Below, piece after piece: positions 26,939-39,979 of a DNA stretch of 48,129 nucleotides (its first letter is position 1; every line of letters starts with the position of its first letter). The stretch comes from Ministeria vibrans ATCC 50519 (taxonomy: Eukaryota; Protista; Filasterea). The stretch lies in NCBI GenBank assembly GCA_943704425.1, contig CALSCP010001346.1:1-48129 (forward strand). Reading direction: 5' to 3'. The position numbers and the translations under genes were made by a program. The notes under the pieces were generated by a model, which worked only from the letters and a program-made list of their open reading frames with translations, searched no databases and was not told the DNA's origin.

Positions 26939-27517
26939 ATGAGTAGTAACCGTACGCCGGATGACAAGACAAGGGCTTGCGAGGCGGTGGGCACAGCCGA
27001 TGAGACATGGATTCTTCTGCCTGAAAGGGACGAGGACCATTTTGTGTCGGTCGACTCTAGCGCCGAAGTTGAGACGAATCTTCCTCAGCTTGCCTGCCAT
27101 TGCATTCATCATGCACATCTATGCGAGTGTGTGCACCGAGACAAGGCTCATCACTGCTCCTTTACCGATTGCTACGGTGATGTAGATGGCGAGAAATTTG
27201 CGCCAATTGCGTGGCAGAGCCACCGTTGCAATGCCAGCGAGACAATCAAGTCGCTAGTGGAGGTCATTGTAGCCATTACTATCCCATCGACCACCGAGCC
27301 AAGGTTCAAGTCGCCTGGATCAGCCAGAGGCACGGTCGACCATAAAAACGTAATAATTTCTATTGTCTTCCAATTGTCAATGTTGACCCGCTCACACTCA
27401 AGTTCTTCAATCGCATTGCAGAATGTTGTACGATTACTGGCGGCTCAGCTTTGTGACAGTGCGCATGAGATCGCGTTGCTGCGCAGTCGTTTGCGCGATC
27501 AAAATCGATTTGTATAA
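26939..27517 (+). CDS. Hypothetical protein with a Cys/His-rich segment and C-terminal coiled coil
   Basis: Open frame MSSNRTP...ACHCIHHAHLCECVHRDKAHHCSF...AHEIALLRSRLRDQNRFV*; may contain an in-frame intron. Confidence 0.5.
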   Translation: MSSNRTPDDKTRACEAVGTADETWILLPERDEDHFVSVDSSAEVETNLPQLACHCIHHAHLCECVHRDKAHHCSFTDCYGDVDGEKFAPIAWQSHRCNASETIKSLVEVIVAITIPSTTEPRFKSPGSARGTVDHKNVIISIVFQLSMLTRSHSSSSIALQNVVRLLAAQLCDSAHEIALLRSRLRDQNRFV

Positions 27518-27872
27518 TAATAATCTTGATTAGTTTTTGAAGATCATCAATTTTCTTTACGTTCGTTCATCATGTCAACAGGCGAGCGTGAGTCGTGGCT
27601 CAACTTTGCCAGCGAGGCAATGTCCACCGTACGAGTTCCATGGAGGAAAGCTCCTCTCGCGAGTTCACTGTCGCAAAAACAATTTCCTTCCTAAAATGAA
27701 TCCCATCCGCCTTCGCCTGCCCCTATAGTCTCCAACGATCCCAACTTGATTCTTGAGCGCCGCTCCTCCCAGTTCTCCTTTCGGCCTCTTAAAACTAACC
27801 TTTTTTTTTTTTTTTTTCCTTTTTTTTTTTTTTTTCCTTTTTTTTTTTTTTCATACGTGTTCCTTCACAAAG

Positions 27873-29061
27873 ATGGATGATGATAACGACGGCGCTGCGG
27901 CCGAATCCCGTGCGTTTGCCCGCAGAATCTCCCAGCAGTACTCCACTGAAACGGATGAGGTAAGCGCCGTGCTCGTACTGCGTGTGTTCGCAGCGTAGCA
28001 GACACCGCAACTCGTTCCTGTTTTGAAAAAAAAAAAAAAAGAGCGTTTGCGTACTCTGTCTCTCTCTCTCTCTCTTTGTCTCTCTCTGTCTCTCTCTCTG
28101 CTCTGTCGCACTCCCTCGCGGCCGGCTCTTCTTCCGCTGTGCATTCCCTGTGGTCCCCACACGTACACAGCGCTGGAGCGGCGTCTGCGACAAGGGGAAT
28201 GGCAGTTGAGAGAGAGAGAGAGAGACCACAAGTCGAAAGGTTATATTAGTAGTGTGTGACGTATACGTTTTTTCTTGTTTGGTTGTCCGGTTTTCGCATT
28301 CCTTGCCGACCCGCTTTGCCATCGACAACACCACGTTTTCATGTGGGACTGTGTGTTGCGTGTGAAATGACGACGAGAAACCCCCTCCCGCGACGGTTGT
28401 TCGCCGGAAATACAACAGCCACTCTTCTCATTCTCACCCTGTGTCTCTTTCTCTCTCTCTTGCCGCCGCCGTCCAACAGCAAAGCCCATTCTTCCTGCCC
28501 ACCATCACTTCAGGCGGTCGAATGTCACCTGTGAGCGGAAATGACGACGAATCGATTGTCACGTATGTTTTTTTCGCATCTGCACGACTGCGGTGTGCAT
28601 GAGCCACAAGCCCACAACTCATTTGCCAATGTTTTTGTACGATCGTAGCATGTCCAATGCTGGTGACGACGAAGCGAGCGTTGTGAGCAAGTCGGGCATG
28701 GGAGGTGCTGCAGGCGGAAGCGAACAGATGTCGCCGTCGACGTTGAATCGACGGTCGTCGGACGCCACAAAACATCAGGAGCTCTTCCGTCGACTGTCCA
28801 ATCCAACTTCGACCGCGAGCACTTCAACGAGTTCAGTGGCACGCGAGCGTCCCGACGCCAGTGGGGCTGCCGGCAAACAGATTGTTCTCGAGCACGCAAC
28901 ACTGGGAAAGCTGGTGAAACTCATGGCCAACCCGGAGGTGTTTGACACCAACTTTGTGCAAGACATGCTCCTCACCTACCGCTACTTCTCAACGTCCATT
29001 GAGCTCTTTGAACTTCTTGTTCAGCGTTTTCACGCAGAGTCGGTAAGACAGACAGACAGAC

Positions 29062-29155
<94 letters not shown>

Positions 29156-31751
29156 GGGAGAAAGTAGCACAGTGATAGAGAGAGAAAGGAGGGAGAAAGA
29201 AACAAAGTGATAGAGAGAAAAAGGAGGGAGAAAGGAGGGAGAAAGAAACAAAGTGATAGAGAGAGAAAGGAGGGAGAAAGAAACAAAGTGATAGAGGGAG
29301 AAAGAAAAAATGTGATGGAGAGATGAGAAAGAAACAAAGTGAAAGAGAGGGGGGGAGAAAGAAACAAAGCGATAGAGAGGAGGGAGGTTTAGAGAGAGAA
29401 AGGGAAGATTATGTGTTTGACTGATTCCATATTTTCGTCGGTCTTTCAGGAAAACCCAGAGAAGACGCGCGTGATTCAACTGCGAGTGGTCAATGTGTTG
29501 AAAAAGTGGATCACTAGTCACTTTTACGACTTTAAAGAGGACGCGGCACTGAGACAGCGCGTCGAAGAGTTTATTACGTCGCGCCAGAGTGTCACAGACA
29601 CCTCTGCTACAATGGTCACAGTCATCAAGTCACTCGACGTAAACCATTTGTTGTTCTTGTTGTTTGTTACGATTTGTATTGTTGTTTACTCGATTGGTCT
29701 GCACTAGGGACTGATGAAGAAGAAGCTGCTTGTGTTGGAGGGAGATGCGGATACGGATGCAGAAACAGACGGTCTGAGTCTGCCCCAGCTGAGTTTCCTC
29801 GACCTGAACCCAACGGACATTGCCGAGCAGTTGACCCTCATTGAGATGCGCCTCTTCAAGCGTGTCACGCCGTCATCGCTGACCGGCCAGAGCTGGCTTA
29901 ACTCGGAGAGCAAGGACACGACGCGCGTGCTCCCGCTCCGCCGTCTTATTGGCCACTTCAACGACGTCTCGTACTGGGTCGCCTCTGAGATTGTGCTCAC
30001 TCCGAACCTCAAACAACGCGCAGAAGTGCTCAAGGTATCAAAATGCACACATACAGCATGTCACTTCTTCTTCTCAACCCCTTTTCTATCTGTGTGTGTG
30101 TGTTTTTTTTTTTATTGTCCTTTAGCGATGCATTCAAATAGCAAAGATTCTCAAACACGAGCAAAATTACAGCACCTGCCTGCAATTTGTCGCGGCTGTC
30201 AACCTGACGTGCATCCGCCGGCTCAAAAGGACATGGAAGCTGGTGCCGGGCAAGTACCTGGCGATTCTCGAAGACCTCAATGTTCTCATGGACACCGCTC
30301 GCGGCTATGCCAACTACCGTCAGCGCATCTCTGTCGAAGAGGTATGATGTATTACGAGAGGGAACTTTTTTTTAAAAAAAAAAGCCTGACTATCACCTCT
30401 TCTGCTCTTTCTTTTGATGTGCGCAGCCTCCGCTCGTACCCTATGTAGGAATTCACCTGAACGACCTTGTGCTGATTGAAGAGGGCAACAAGACCCTGTG
30501 CGAAGACGGTCTAATCAACTTCAACAAAATGTCCATGATTGCAGGGGTGATTCGTGAGCTACAGTGGTACCAGACGTCGCTGTATGCTTACGAGGTGGAC
30601 AGTGAGCTGCAAGCGTGGCTCCTGCGCGGCGTCACCCGTCTTGACGTCGACGGTCTCTACAAGCGCTCGCTCCTGTGTGAGCCCCGCGAGGGCATGTCCA
30701 GCCCCAATGCCTCCCCTGCCATCACTCTAACTCCGGACGACAACATTGGCACTGCCGAATCTAGTCCCGATCGCTCTCCCAACACCGTCAAGCGCTCTCG
30801 CTCCATCAAAGACAAATTCAGGTACATAGTGCTAAATGATTCATAATAATTATTATTATTTAGGGGGTTGAATCTAATTATTTTATTATATTTATATTTA
30901 TATATATTGCAAGACCAAGATGATTGTGTTCACATCTTTCTTTTTCTCTTTCTTTTCTCTTGTGCAGCGCATGGAGCTCGGCCAAGGTGGGCTCTCGTCG
31001 CAGAAAGACGGACGTAAGAAAAGGAGCTGCTGCTGTTGTTTGTCCCTTCCTTAATATGTTCTTGTTGCTGCTCTTTGTTTGTGGTTTGTAGTCACCCGAT
31101 GGAACTGTGTCTGGTGAGTGCTCGCCAGTTCCTCAAGGTAGTCCGGCACAAGCGGAGGCAGGCAAGCGAGTATCACGACACGTTGAGCAGCGACAAGTGC
31201 TTACGTCGAGTGCGCTGCTTGCCGCCCGTCGCCCTGCATCCATGGCCGAGCCCATGTTTGCGTCTGCACCTAATCTACAGCCTCAACAACGCTCGGCGTC
31301 CATGTCCGAACCAACTGTCTTACCCCACCAGGCTGATGTAGCCCTCACCCAAATGAAGGGCTCACCCCTTGCTGCTCGTGCCAACAACGCCCGCGCCATG
31401 ACATCCCCCGAATTCCTCTCCAATGGCACTAACGATTCAACCGCGTCTGTTGACTCCAACTCGAGCATTGCCACGACGCCTCTCGCCGCTGCGCCCGCTC
31501 TCTCCACCGCGTCGCTCGTTGTGGATACGTCGATGTGCAATGCTGCCCAGTCACTCCTGGCACCCAATTTCAGTGCCATTGTCTCTCGCGTCGGGGCTCT
31601 CATGGCCGAACTCGAAAGTGCCAAGCAAATTGCAGCACGACACGCAGAGGAGAATCAGGCACTCAAGAGCGAGTGCGAGACTCTCCGGCAAGAAATCGCC
31701 TCATTGCGTGCTTCACCAGTGGCTTTGGCAGACGGGACCTCCGCTGTCTGA
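27873..31751 (+). CDS. Ras guanine-nucleotide exchange factor (REM + CDC25 domains, Ser-rich tail and coiled coil)
   Basis: HATLGKLVKLM...FVQDMLLTYRYFST, LRVVNVLKKW..HFYDF, DIAEQLTLIE..LF, FNDVSYWVASEIV, PYVGIHLNDLVLIEEGN and INFNKM. Confidence 0.92.
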
Positions 31752-32036
31752 TCACCCAACCAATTCTCTCTCTCTCTCTCTCGCTAAATACACTCCTATT
31801 CTTATTGCCTGGATGCTGAACCAACCACGCTGTGGAAACGGCATTGGCGAGTCATTGCACACTCACACACACACACACTGGGGAGTTGATGAGAGCAAGG
31901 GTTGAATATTTTGTTGTGTATGCAGTGGGGAAAAGAGGGAAGGAAGAGGACAGAGGTTTAGGGGGGAACGCAATGTTTCTCTATTCCAATCACAAGATTC
32001 GATTGGCAAATCTAGAAGAAGAGTGAAATATGAGCT

Positions 32037-32600
32037 TCAACTCTGCACGGCGGCGGTGCGTATTTCGCGTACATAGTAGGTATTTGCAAGGAGACCCGAA
32101 AATGACGCCAACGTTGCGTTCATGGCGTAGTTCATTTGCTGGGAAACGAAAACAAAGACACACATGAAAATAAGGAAGAACAAGTATAAGAGAAGACGAA
32201 AGGAGACGAACCGCAATGTCCTGCGCAGTCTGGTTGATCGCAAAGAGTGCCTCTTGCAGCACAATGACTGCTTCGTTGAGTTGATCGGTCACTACGGCGG
32301 TGCACAGGTGTGAGTGTTGCGTGGAAGGAGAGGAGACGTACTATTGAACATTCCGTCCTCGACACCGCCAATAGACAGCGCCATGGTGTCAAGGTTCTGT
32401 AAAGTGTGGTGCGATGCAACCACAACAAGGGCGACAACCACAGCAGCGACAATGACGCACAGCTGGACACACATCACAACGTAGATCTTCTGGAGGAATT
32501 CGTCCTGACGAGTTGTTGTTGTCGACGCCGATCGACTCAACTCAAGACTCTCATCCGCTTCATTAACCTGGTAAGATCCATATTTTCCAGACCTTGGCAT
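32037..32600 (-). CDS. Hypothetical single-pass membrane protein, 3 exons
   Basis: MPRSGKYG...IYVVMCVQLCVIVAAVVVALVVVA (TM)...|MTDQLNEAV...|QMNYAMNATL...VQS*, joined by GT-AG introns. Confidence 0.6.
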
Positions 32601-32672
32601 TGTGTAGCGGAAAAGAATATCGATTAACTTTTCGAATCAAATTTGAAATTACTAAAGATTTTCTTCCCCTCG

Positions 32673-33597
32673 ATGGCAGAACGCGATCATGGTGTCTCCG
32701 GTGGTCCGGAGCATCGGCGCAACAAGGCTTCGTATATTGAGAGCCTGTTACTTGTATGAAACCCCACTCGTTCATTGTGCTTTTGTGCTTCTCTTGAGCT
32801 CCTCACACCCACTCCTCTTGCGCCCTGACTCTCTCTGTGTGTGTGTGTGTGCGTGTGTCTTTGCATTCCATTCCACCGGGTGCGTTGCGTTGCAGGAGCG
32901 AAAGGACTTGAAGCAACGTCTCGAGCGATGTGAGCAGGAGAACCAAGTGCTGAAAAAGTCGCTGTTTGACCTGAGCGTCACTGTGGGCTCCATGGTCGCC
33001 TCCAAGCGCACCGCTGCCGCGTCCGCCGGGGCCACGCCCAAGCACGATGTCTTTCGCCCGCTCAACGTGGCGCAAGCACGCGCCGAAGCGGAGGCCATTG
33101 TGAACATCGCCGTCGGAGGCAACATACCCTTTGCGGCAGGTGTCGCGGCAGACTCGGCCGGTCGCTGTGCACCCACCGCCTCCCTCGAGCACCACGAAGG
33201 TGCTCGACTCTTTCAACACGCCTACACACTTGAGGTACAGTCACACACGATTATGGTGCTGGTGGTATGTGACGAAACACAATGCATATGGCGTAGGGTC
33301 ATGGTGGAGCGGTGTATGCCACACAGTTTTCGTCGTGTGGTCGTTTCATTGCAACCGGTTCCTTTGACAAAACAGTGCGTCTGTGGAGCACCTCTCTCCA
33401 GAAACAGGTATGCACACACAAATTCAAAATGGCAAGGGCAACACAAAGAATTTGTAGATTGCGTGTCTCGAGAATCACCGTCTCAACATTGTTGATCTGT
33501 CCTTTTCACCACAAGATGACGTAAGTAACCGCCCTAAAAATATGTCTCACTTCCACACACAATAGCTCACGCGTATTATATAATATAATTATAAGAA

Positions 33598-33659
<62 letters not shown>

Positions 33660-34878
33660 TAATAAAAATAATTTTTATATTATTATTATGTTTAGATGCT
33701 CGTGTCGGGTTCGTTTGACCGGACAGTCTGTGCGTGGAGTGTGGAGACGAGCAGTGTGCTTGACGAGCGGGAAATGAATGCGTTTGTGCAGTGCGTGTGT
33801 GTGTCGCCGGCTGCTCTGTCGACTGTCGTGCTGGGCGGCGATACGCGCGGGACGTGTGCGCTGTGGGATTTGCGTGTGGAGTCGAGCGAGCCGCAGACGG
33901 TACTGGACCACAGTGGCACGGCAGTGAACGCAGTGTAAGATGACACACCGCACACTGTATTTACAAGTTTGAATGAATCCTCCATCATTCTCTCCGTCAC
34001 AGGCAATGCATGGTGGACGGCGTTCATGTGGTCACAGGGGATGCGCGTGGGGAGGTCAAGACGTGGGATGTGCGTCAGGGCAGTGCCCCCGTCGCAGTGG
34101 ACCCAGTGACCACCGCACACGATGCCATCACCAGCGTACACATTCCCCTGATGCCCCCTGATCAGTATGGTGTGCGCCAGGACAGTCCCTTTATGGCTGT
34201 CAATGCCTATGACAACGGTAAAATTGAGCACAAAAAAAACCCCCCTCGAAGGGTTTGGTAATCTCTGTCTTTCTTTTCGTATGTACAGTATTGCGTGTGT
34301 ATGACCGAGGGACGCTAGGGTCGACAGGAGGAACCCAGCTGACTCACACGTGCACTGCTCACATGGTTCGCCATCATCCCATCAAATGTGCCCTCTTTGT
34401 CGGCTCACAGTGTAAGACATGCGAGAGGGATAGAAAGAAAGAAAGAAGAACAAACTTGTGACGAGACTTGTGTTTTACATATTATTAATAATGTTATATA
34501 GACTTGGAATCGAGAGGACGCACTGACAGGTAAGCGAAGAAAAACTCAGTTGCACGACTAATTATAGTTTATGTATTGTCTAGGACAAGCGAGGCGACGG
34601 CGCACAAGGGACTTCTGGTGGCGAGTGGGAGTGCTGTCAGCGGAGTATACGTGTGGGATGTGAGTGGACGCACTGAGAACACAGACACAACACATACGGA
34701 CACGGCGGTTCGAACGCGAGCAGACGCACACACACACCCGTCGGCTGTACCTCAGCTGCTGGAGGGTCACCAAGGGCGTGTCTATTCTGTTGCCTGGCAT
34801 CCCCACGAACCCCTATTGGCCTCGGGTGGCGCAGACGGCTCTTTGCGTCTATGGAAAGCAAGAAAACTTGTACTCTAA
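32673..34878 (+). CDS. WD40-repeat protein with N-terminal coiled coil
   Basis: LERCEQENQVLKKSLFDLS, GHGGAVYATQFSSCGRFIATGSFDKTVRLW, VSGSFDRTVCAW and GHQGRVYSVAWHPHEPLLASGGADGSLRLW. Confidence 0.88.
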
Positions 34879-35008
34879 CAAAACACTGTATATTTTCTCT
34901 TATATTTTTCTCTCTCTATCACTTTGTTTCTCCCTCTATCACTTTTTTCTCCCTCTATCACTGTGTTTCTCTTTCTTTTCTCTCGTTGAGTCAATCTGGG
35001 CAATTCAG

Positions 35009-36720
35009 TCAGTGCTGCGCGTCCATCACAATCTTACACCCTTCTCCGCTCATCAGTGTCTCCATTGCCTTTTCAAACTCACTCAGACCAAACTCATGAC
35101 TAGAATGAAAAAATACACACACGCACACTCAATTGTTTGTCAAGAACATGATAATATTCTGACCCACCTGACAATTTTGTCAATGCAAATCTTCTTTTCG
35201 TGCAGCAGTTTCTCTGATTCTTCCCACGTTGAAAAGATCTTGCGGCCGTGCACCCTAAAAAAAACGTCCCTCTCGCATGTTAACATCAGAGTTGTATGTG
35301 TGGGTTGGTTACGTTTTGATTGTGAGTGATTTGAAGACAAAATTGGGCAATGGATCTTCAATGTGAATAGGAGCCTAAACAACAGAAAAAGAAACCCCCC
35401 ACCCCCGACTCACTGTCAGAAACGTTTTCTCCTTCTCGCAAATTCTCCCCTCACAATGAAATACCTTCGGAAGACCAACAAAGACCATCAGACCGCCTTT
35501 ACGGAGAAAAGTAAAGGAGGAATTGACGACAGATGGTACACCCGAGACCTCAAGGAGACGGCCGACGCCCGCTTGGGCCGTCTCGGTAAGCACGCGCGCC
35601 AGGAGAGAGTCATGTGAACCCAGGGTTGCGCTATTGAGGGTCGTGTCGGCGCCAAGGGAGGCTGCAATAGCCAGCTTGCTGTCAAGAACATCTACAGCAA
35701 TTCTAAGAATAGAGAAGATGCGCGTAAACAAAATAAGGGGAGAGAGCGAGCGAGAGAGACAGAGTAGAAATAGCGGCATACACTTGGGCGGCGCCGAGGA
35801 CCTTTGCAATGGCAATGGTAAAGAGACCCACTGGACCACATCCAAAGACAAGCACACTCTCACCGCGCACGTCCGCTGCCTCCACCGCCTGATGCGCCAC
35901 TCCCATTGCTATAAAATAGTAGATTGTGTCGCTTCTGCATCCTTGGTCTTCTTCTTCTGAAGTAAGCGTACGTTCCAACAGACATGCTTCTGTCCCCGAG
36001 ATGTCCGTTTTCAGTTTGTAAGCATATCTCTCGGGAATGATGGTGTATTGCGAGCAACCTACGGAGAAACGGAGTGCGTTCGAGTGAGAAGCCGACCAGT
36101 CAACAACAACTCTCTCTCTCTCTCGAGTGTGTGTGTGTCTTGCCTCCGTACGGCGTGCCCTTGCCGTGTCCAAACTGATTCATGTTTGCACAAATGTGCC
36201 GTTGGTCTGCAAGACGAGACATGACACACATAATGAATGTGATGCGCAGAGTCTCTTCTCCTAACCGTGCTTGCACTGGAAGCACTCTCCGCAGAAAAAG
36301 TGGTTTTCGCAGCAAACGCGGTCGCCAACACCAATCTGTGAAACCTCATCGCCAACAGCAACCACTGTGCCGACGCATTCGTGGCCCGGCGTGAACGGCA
36401 GAGACGCAATCGTTTCGGCGACTGAAAAAGGGTCAGCAAAACACACAGACAAATGAGAGTCGGAATTTGCTCACACCAACACCCTACCCTTGTTCCACTT
36501 GTACAGGTTGATGTCGGAGCCACAGATGGCGACCTTGTCCACCTACGCGCACGGGAGGGGCGGGAGGGGGGTGTCCAGCAACCCGCACAGTGCTCCCCCA
36601 GCGTACCTTGACCAGCAGGTCGTCGCCGGTGGGCACTGGCACCCGCACCGTCTTCATTTCGTACGATTCAACTGCCTGCTCCTTCACAAGAGCGGTCATG
36701 GTTGTTGGGATTGCGCTCAT
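35009..36720 (-). CDS. Zinc-dependent (MDR) L-threonine 3-dehydrogenase-like oxidoreductase, about 10 exons
   Basis: AICGSD, PGHECVG, ENHFFCGECFQC...HIC, EPMGVAH, VLVFGCGPVG, VHGRKIFSTW and SHEFGLSEFEKAM..GCKIV. Confidence 0.85.
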
Positions 36721-36856
36721 TCTGGATGCAGAGACTTTAAGAAGAAAAACAATAACAGGATCGAGTCATATCACGATTATTATTCATCGCTTAGACCTTA
36801 GTGCTTACTCAAATTAATTTGACCACTGAGTCACCACTCCTCTCATCTCACAAGAT

Positions 36857-37719
36857 ATGAGTAAGGACGAACAGCAAGGCGACTCGCGCCGCGCTTTTGC
36901 CGCTGCTCTCGGCGCTGACGATAGTACGCTAAGCGATTTTGATGTCGGCTGTCGAATTGTCGACGCAGCGACAGCAGGCAATGCGGATCTCGTGACCCGC
37001 CTATTGGCGACTGAGAGGGTCGTTCCAGGGCGATATTATTCGCAGGCGATGATTCAAGCGATCAAAAACGACCACTTTGAAGCTCTCAACGCGTTCTTCA
37101 ACTCTCCGAACGTTCCACGCACGCCGGACACATTCTTCGATGCTTTTGTGTGGGCATGCGGCGAGAGTGATGCACATGTCCTCAGCCGGTTTCTACAGCT
37201 GTCGTTCCTCGACCTAAGAGACGAGAACGACATTGCTCTCAAGCGCGCACACGAAAACGGGAATGTCTCTGTTGTGCGTCTTCTCCAAGATGAGTTTTTT
37301 CGGGTATGAAGCAGGCACTACCGGAGTGTTAAATATCACGTTTTAAAGTACCAATTCTATGTGACGCATTCTAACATTTGTTTTCTTTTCAGAGGAGCGG
37401 CTTTGATACGGTTACGTTCAACAACACCCCCTGTTACAAAATACCTCTCCATGTGGTGCAAGACGTTCTCAACAGACACGAAGAGAGCAGCCACTACAAG
37501 TTGCTGTCCCGTCTACGCGAGTATTTACGCGAAGCACCCGTCGCAAGCAACTACTTGATGGAGAATGACATAGTGGACGGACAGATTGTTCGGAGTCTTT
37601 TGGAGGTGTATCCGAGCTTTGGTGAATCAAACACGGCACTTGGCGGGCACAAGATCTTAACAAACGTACGCACAGATGCGGCTTTATTGGTGCGAAAGAG
37701 TTGGCTCAACAAATACTGA
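36857..37719 (+). CDS. Ankyrin-repeat-containing protein, 2 exons (36857-37303, 37393-37719)
   Basis: AATAGNADLVTRLL, AIKNDHFEAL, WACGESDAHVL and DIALKRAHENGNVSVVRLL; phase-0 intron. Confidence 0.75.
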
Positions 37720-38112
37720 AAGAAGGCGTTTAATTCGGACTCCTTCTGGGGTGTGGGGTCGGCAATGTGTGCGTGATTCGTCAAAGCAAAGTGCGTAAAC
37801 GCCTCGATGAACGGCATCCATTCTTCTGGAACACCCACTCAACACCGGGACAGCTGAAGAATTCATGGCCAGCGGGCTCATGAGTGTACAAAGTTTTTCA
37901 ACAAGACTGAGCGCTTGAAACGTGTCTGAAACTCATTAACTTAACGAAAGTGCACAGAGGTGGAGACTTACAAAAGATCTTGCGACGTTCGACGAGTATG
38001 GACATGATTCATGAAAAGGTCTAAAAAGAATGTTTGGATCACTTTGGAATAAGAGAAGAAATAAGCGAACTTTAAAATACGACAAGTAATTATTATTATA
38101 ATTATTTTATTA

Positions 38113-38146
<34 letters not shown>

Positions 38147-38218
38147 GTAATTATTATAACATAAATAAAAGTACGGCATTGTATTCAATATTTCAAAAAA
38201 AAAAACAAAAGAAAAAGG

Positions 38219-39882
38219 TTACGTAAGGTGGCGGGTAAGAGCGCGCATGGCATAGAGCAGCTCGGCCTGCTCGACGGCGGCAGCCGCAAGCAGCGAAATG
38301 TGTATCTTCTCTGAGTCGGCTAGGCCGGAGGGAAAATCGCGCCAGTCGGCGGGCCCAATGCGCGCTGGGGTGCACACGCTCAGCTTGATCAGCTTCTTGG
38401 TGGCCAGGTTGAGGAGGGTGTTCACTTGGCTGTATGCATAGTCGTCGTTTTGGATCCCTTTGATCCGCTGCACATACTGCCAGATGGCCTAATCACAACC
38501 AGTATGAGCAACAACAACAATAAGAAACACCAAGAGCTGCCTTGAATACTGACCATTCGAAAGGGACCCGTCTCCGTGTTGACGAGAGGCCCAAAGGTGT
38601 TTTGTGTGAGATCCTGAATGACCCGAAACTGCTCGTCGAGTAAATCCCCAGCATAGCGGTATTTGTCTTCGAGCAGCGAGAACGCATGATCGGCCCACGA
38701 GTAGTCTTGCGAGCGCAGCACACCATATTCCTTGGAGCGCACGTTGAAATCGACATGGTGTGTCCATGCAGCTTCCTACACACCAAGAACAATCGCATCC
38801 TTTAGTTTAGTTCACCTCTCTTGCTTTTTCTGATGGCATTATCGCACCGGGTCGATTCGTAGTACGGTAAACCGATGACTTCTGCTGTTCTGTTCGGGTG
38901 GTTCCTCCGTCTCACCCGCTGTACAAAAAAAAAAAAAAAAAAAAAAAAAGAGGGGAAATCAAAACAATGTATGGCTGCAACAGCACGCAAACCTTCAAGT
39001 TGCTCCAACTCCTCAAACTGCACAACATTGTCATCGGTGTCGAGGGTTGTCGTGCCCAGTACGTGCATCGTTTCGGTCAGCTTCTGCAGCCAGGCATCGT
39101 CGTCAGCGCCATGAGCACTTTCGCCACTCACTGTCGCTGCCAGGGACTCCACTGTGTCCTCGTCACGCCCATTCTCCCATGAGTGTCCTCCGTCCAGATC
39201 CACTTCGGGTGTCACTCCAACAGCACAGCAAATGGCCGACAATGCATGAAAGTGTGCCATCAGCACAATCGCTTGCATCAGCTGCGACAACGAGAAGCCA
39301 TCTTCGCCCTTCAAAAGGCACTGCATGCACACACAAATAAAAAGTCGAGAAGCACAACAAATAAATCTTGAATTTTCCAATCTCTCTCTTTCTCCTCCGT
39401 TCGTGTGTGGTTCGTACGGAGACATGCTCGGTAGTCAGTCGCCAAGGCTGGTGTGCCATTATTGTGTTCAGGTACGCCAGATTCTGCAGTTTCTTGGGTG
39501 CCTTGTCCAGTCCCTGCCGAAAATTAGAAAAAGCGACAGTGTGAAGCAAAGAATGCGAAAGCGGACAACAATGGTGCATTTTGGTACCTCAAGCCATGCT
39601 CGGTCACCACCATTGGCCAAAAAGAGATCACTCTGGACCATCACGAGATACTCACAGCCCATTTCGGCAGCAGCCTAAGTCAATGCACAATCCCATCAAT
39701 GACACACGTCAAACATGTCAGGCACACCACAAACACCACACATATAAATAGATAGAGAGAGAGACACACACACACACTGACATTCTCTATCACTTTGTTC
39801 TTTCTTTCTTCTTCTTCCTCTTCTCTCTTCTCTCTCTCTCTGTCTCTATCACTTTGTTTCTTTCTCCCTCATTTCCCTCATT

Positions 39883-39979
<97 letters not shown>

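Noticed and set aside
27588-27872. Branch point, long poly-T and AG directly before the RasGEF ATG as a trans-splice acceptor
   Set aside because: A good GTGAGT donor at ~27588 explains it as an ordinary 5'-UTR cis intron.
36857-37303. Ankyrin repeats reminiscent of giant-virus ankyrin proteins as a viral insertion
   Set aside because: The gene has an intron and no neighbouring viral hallmark genes; such repeats are common in protists.
37684-38021. Exon-like minus-strand segments with splice signals downstream of sestrin, one frame containing three in-frame TGA codons
   Set aside because: No frame gives a recognisable protein, and I see no SECIS or selenoprotein motif. It may be spliced UTR or another orphan gene end at a (TAA)n junction, so it is not supportable as a feature.
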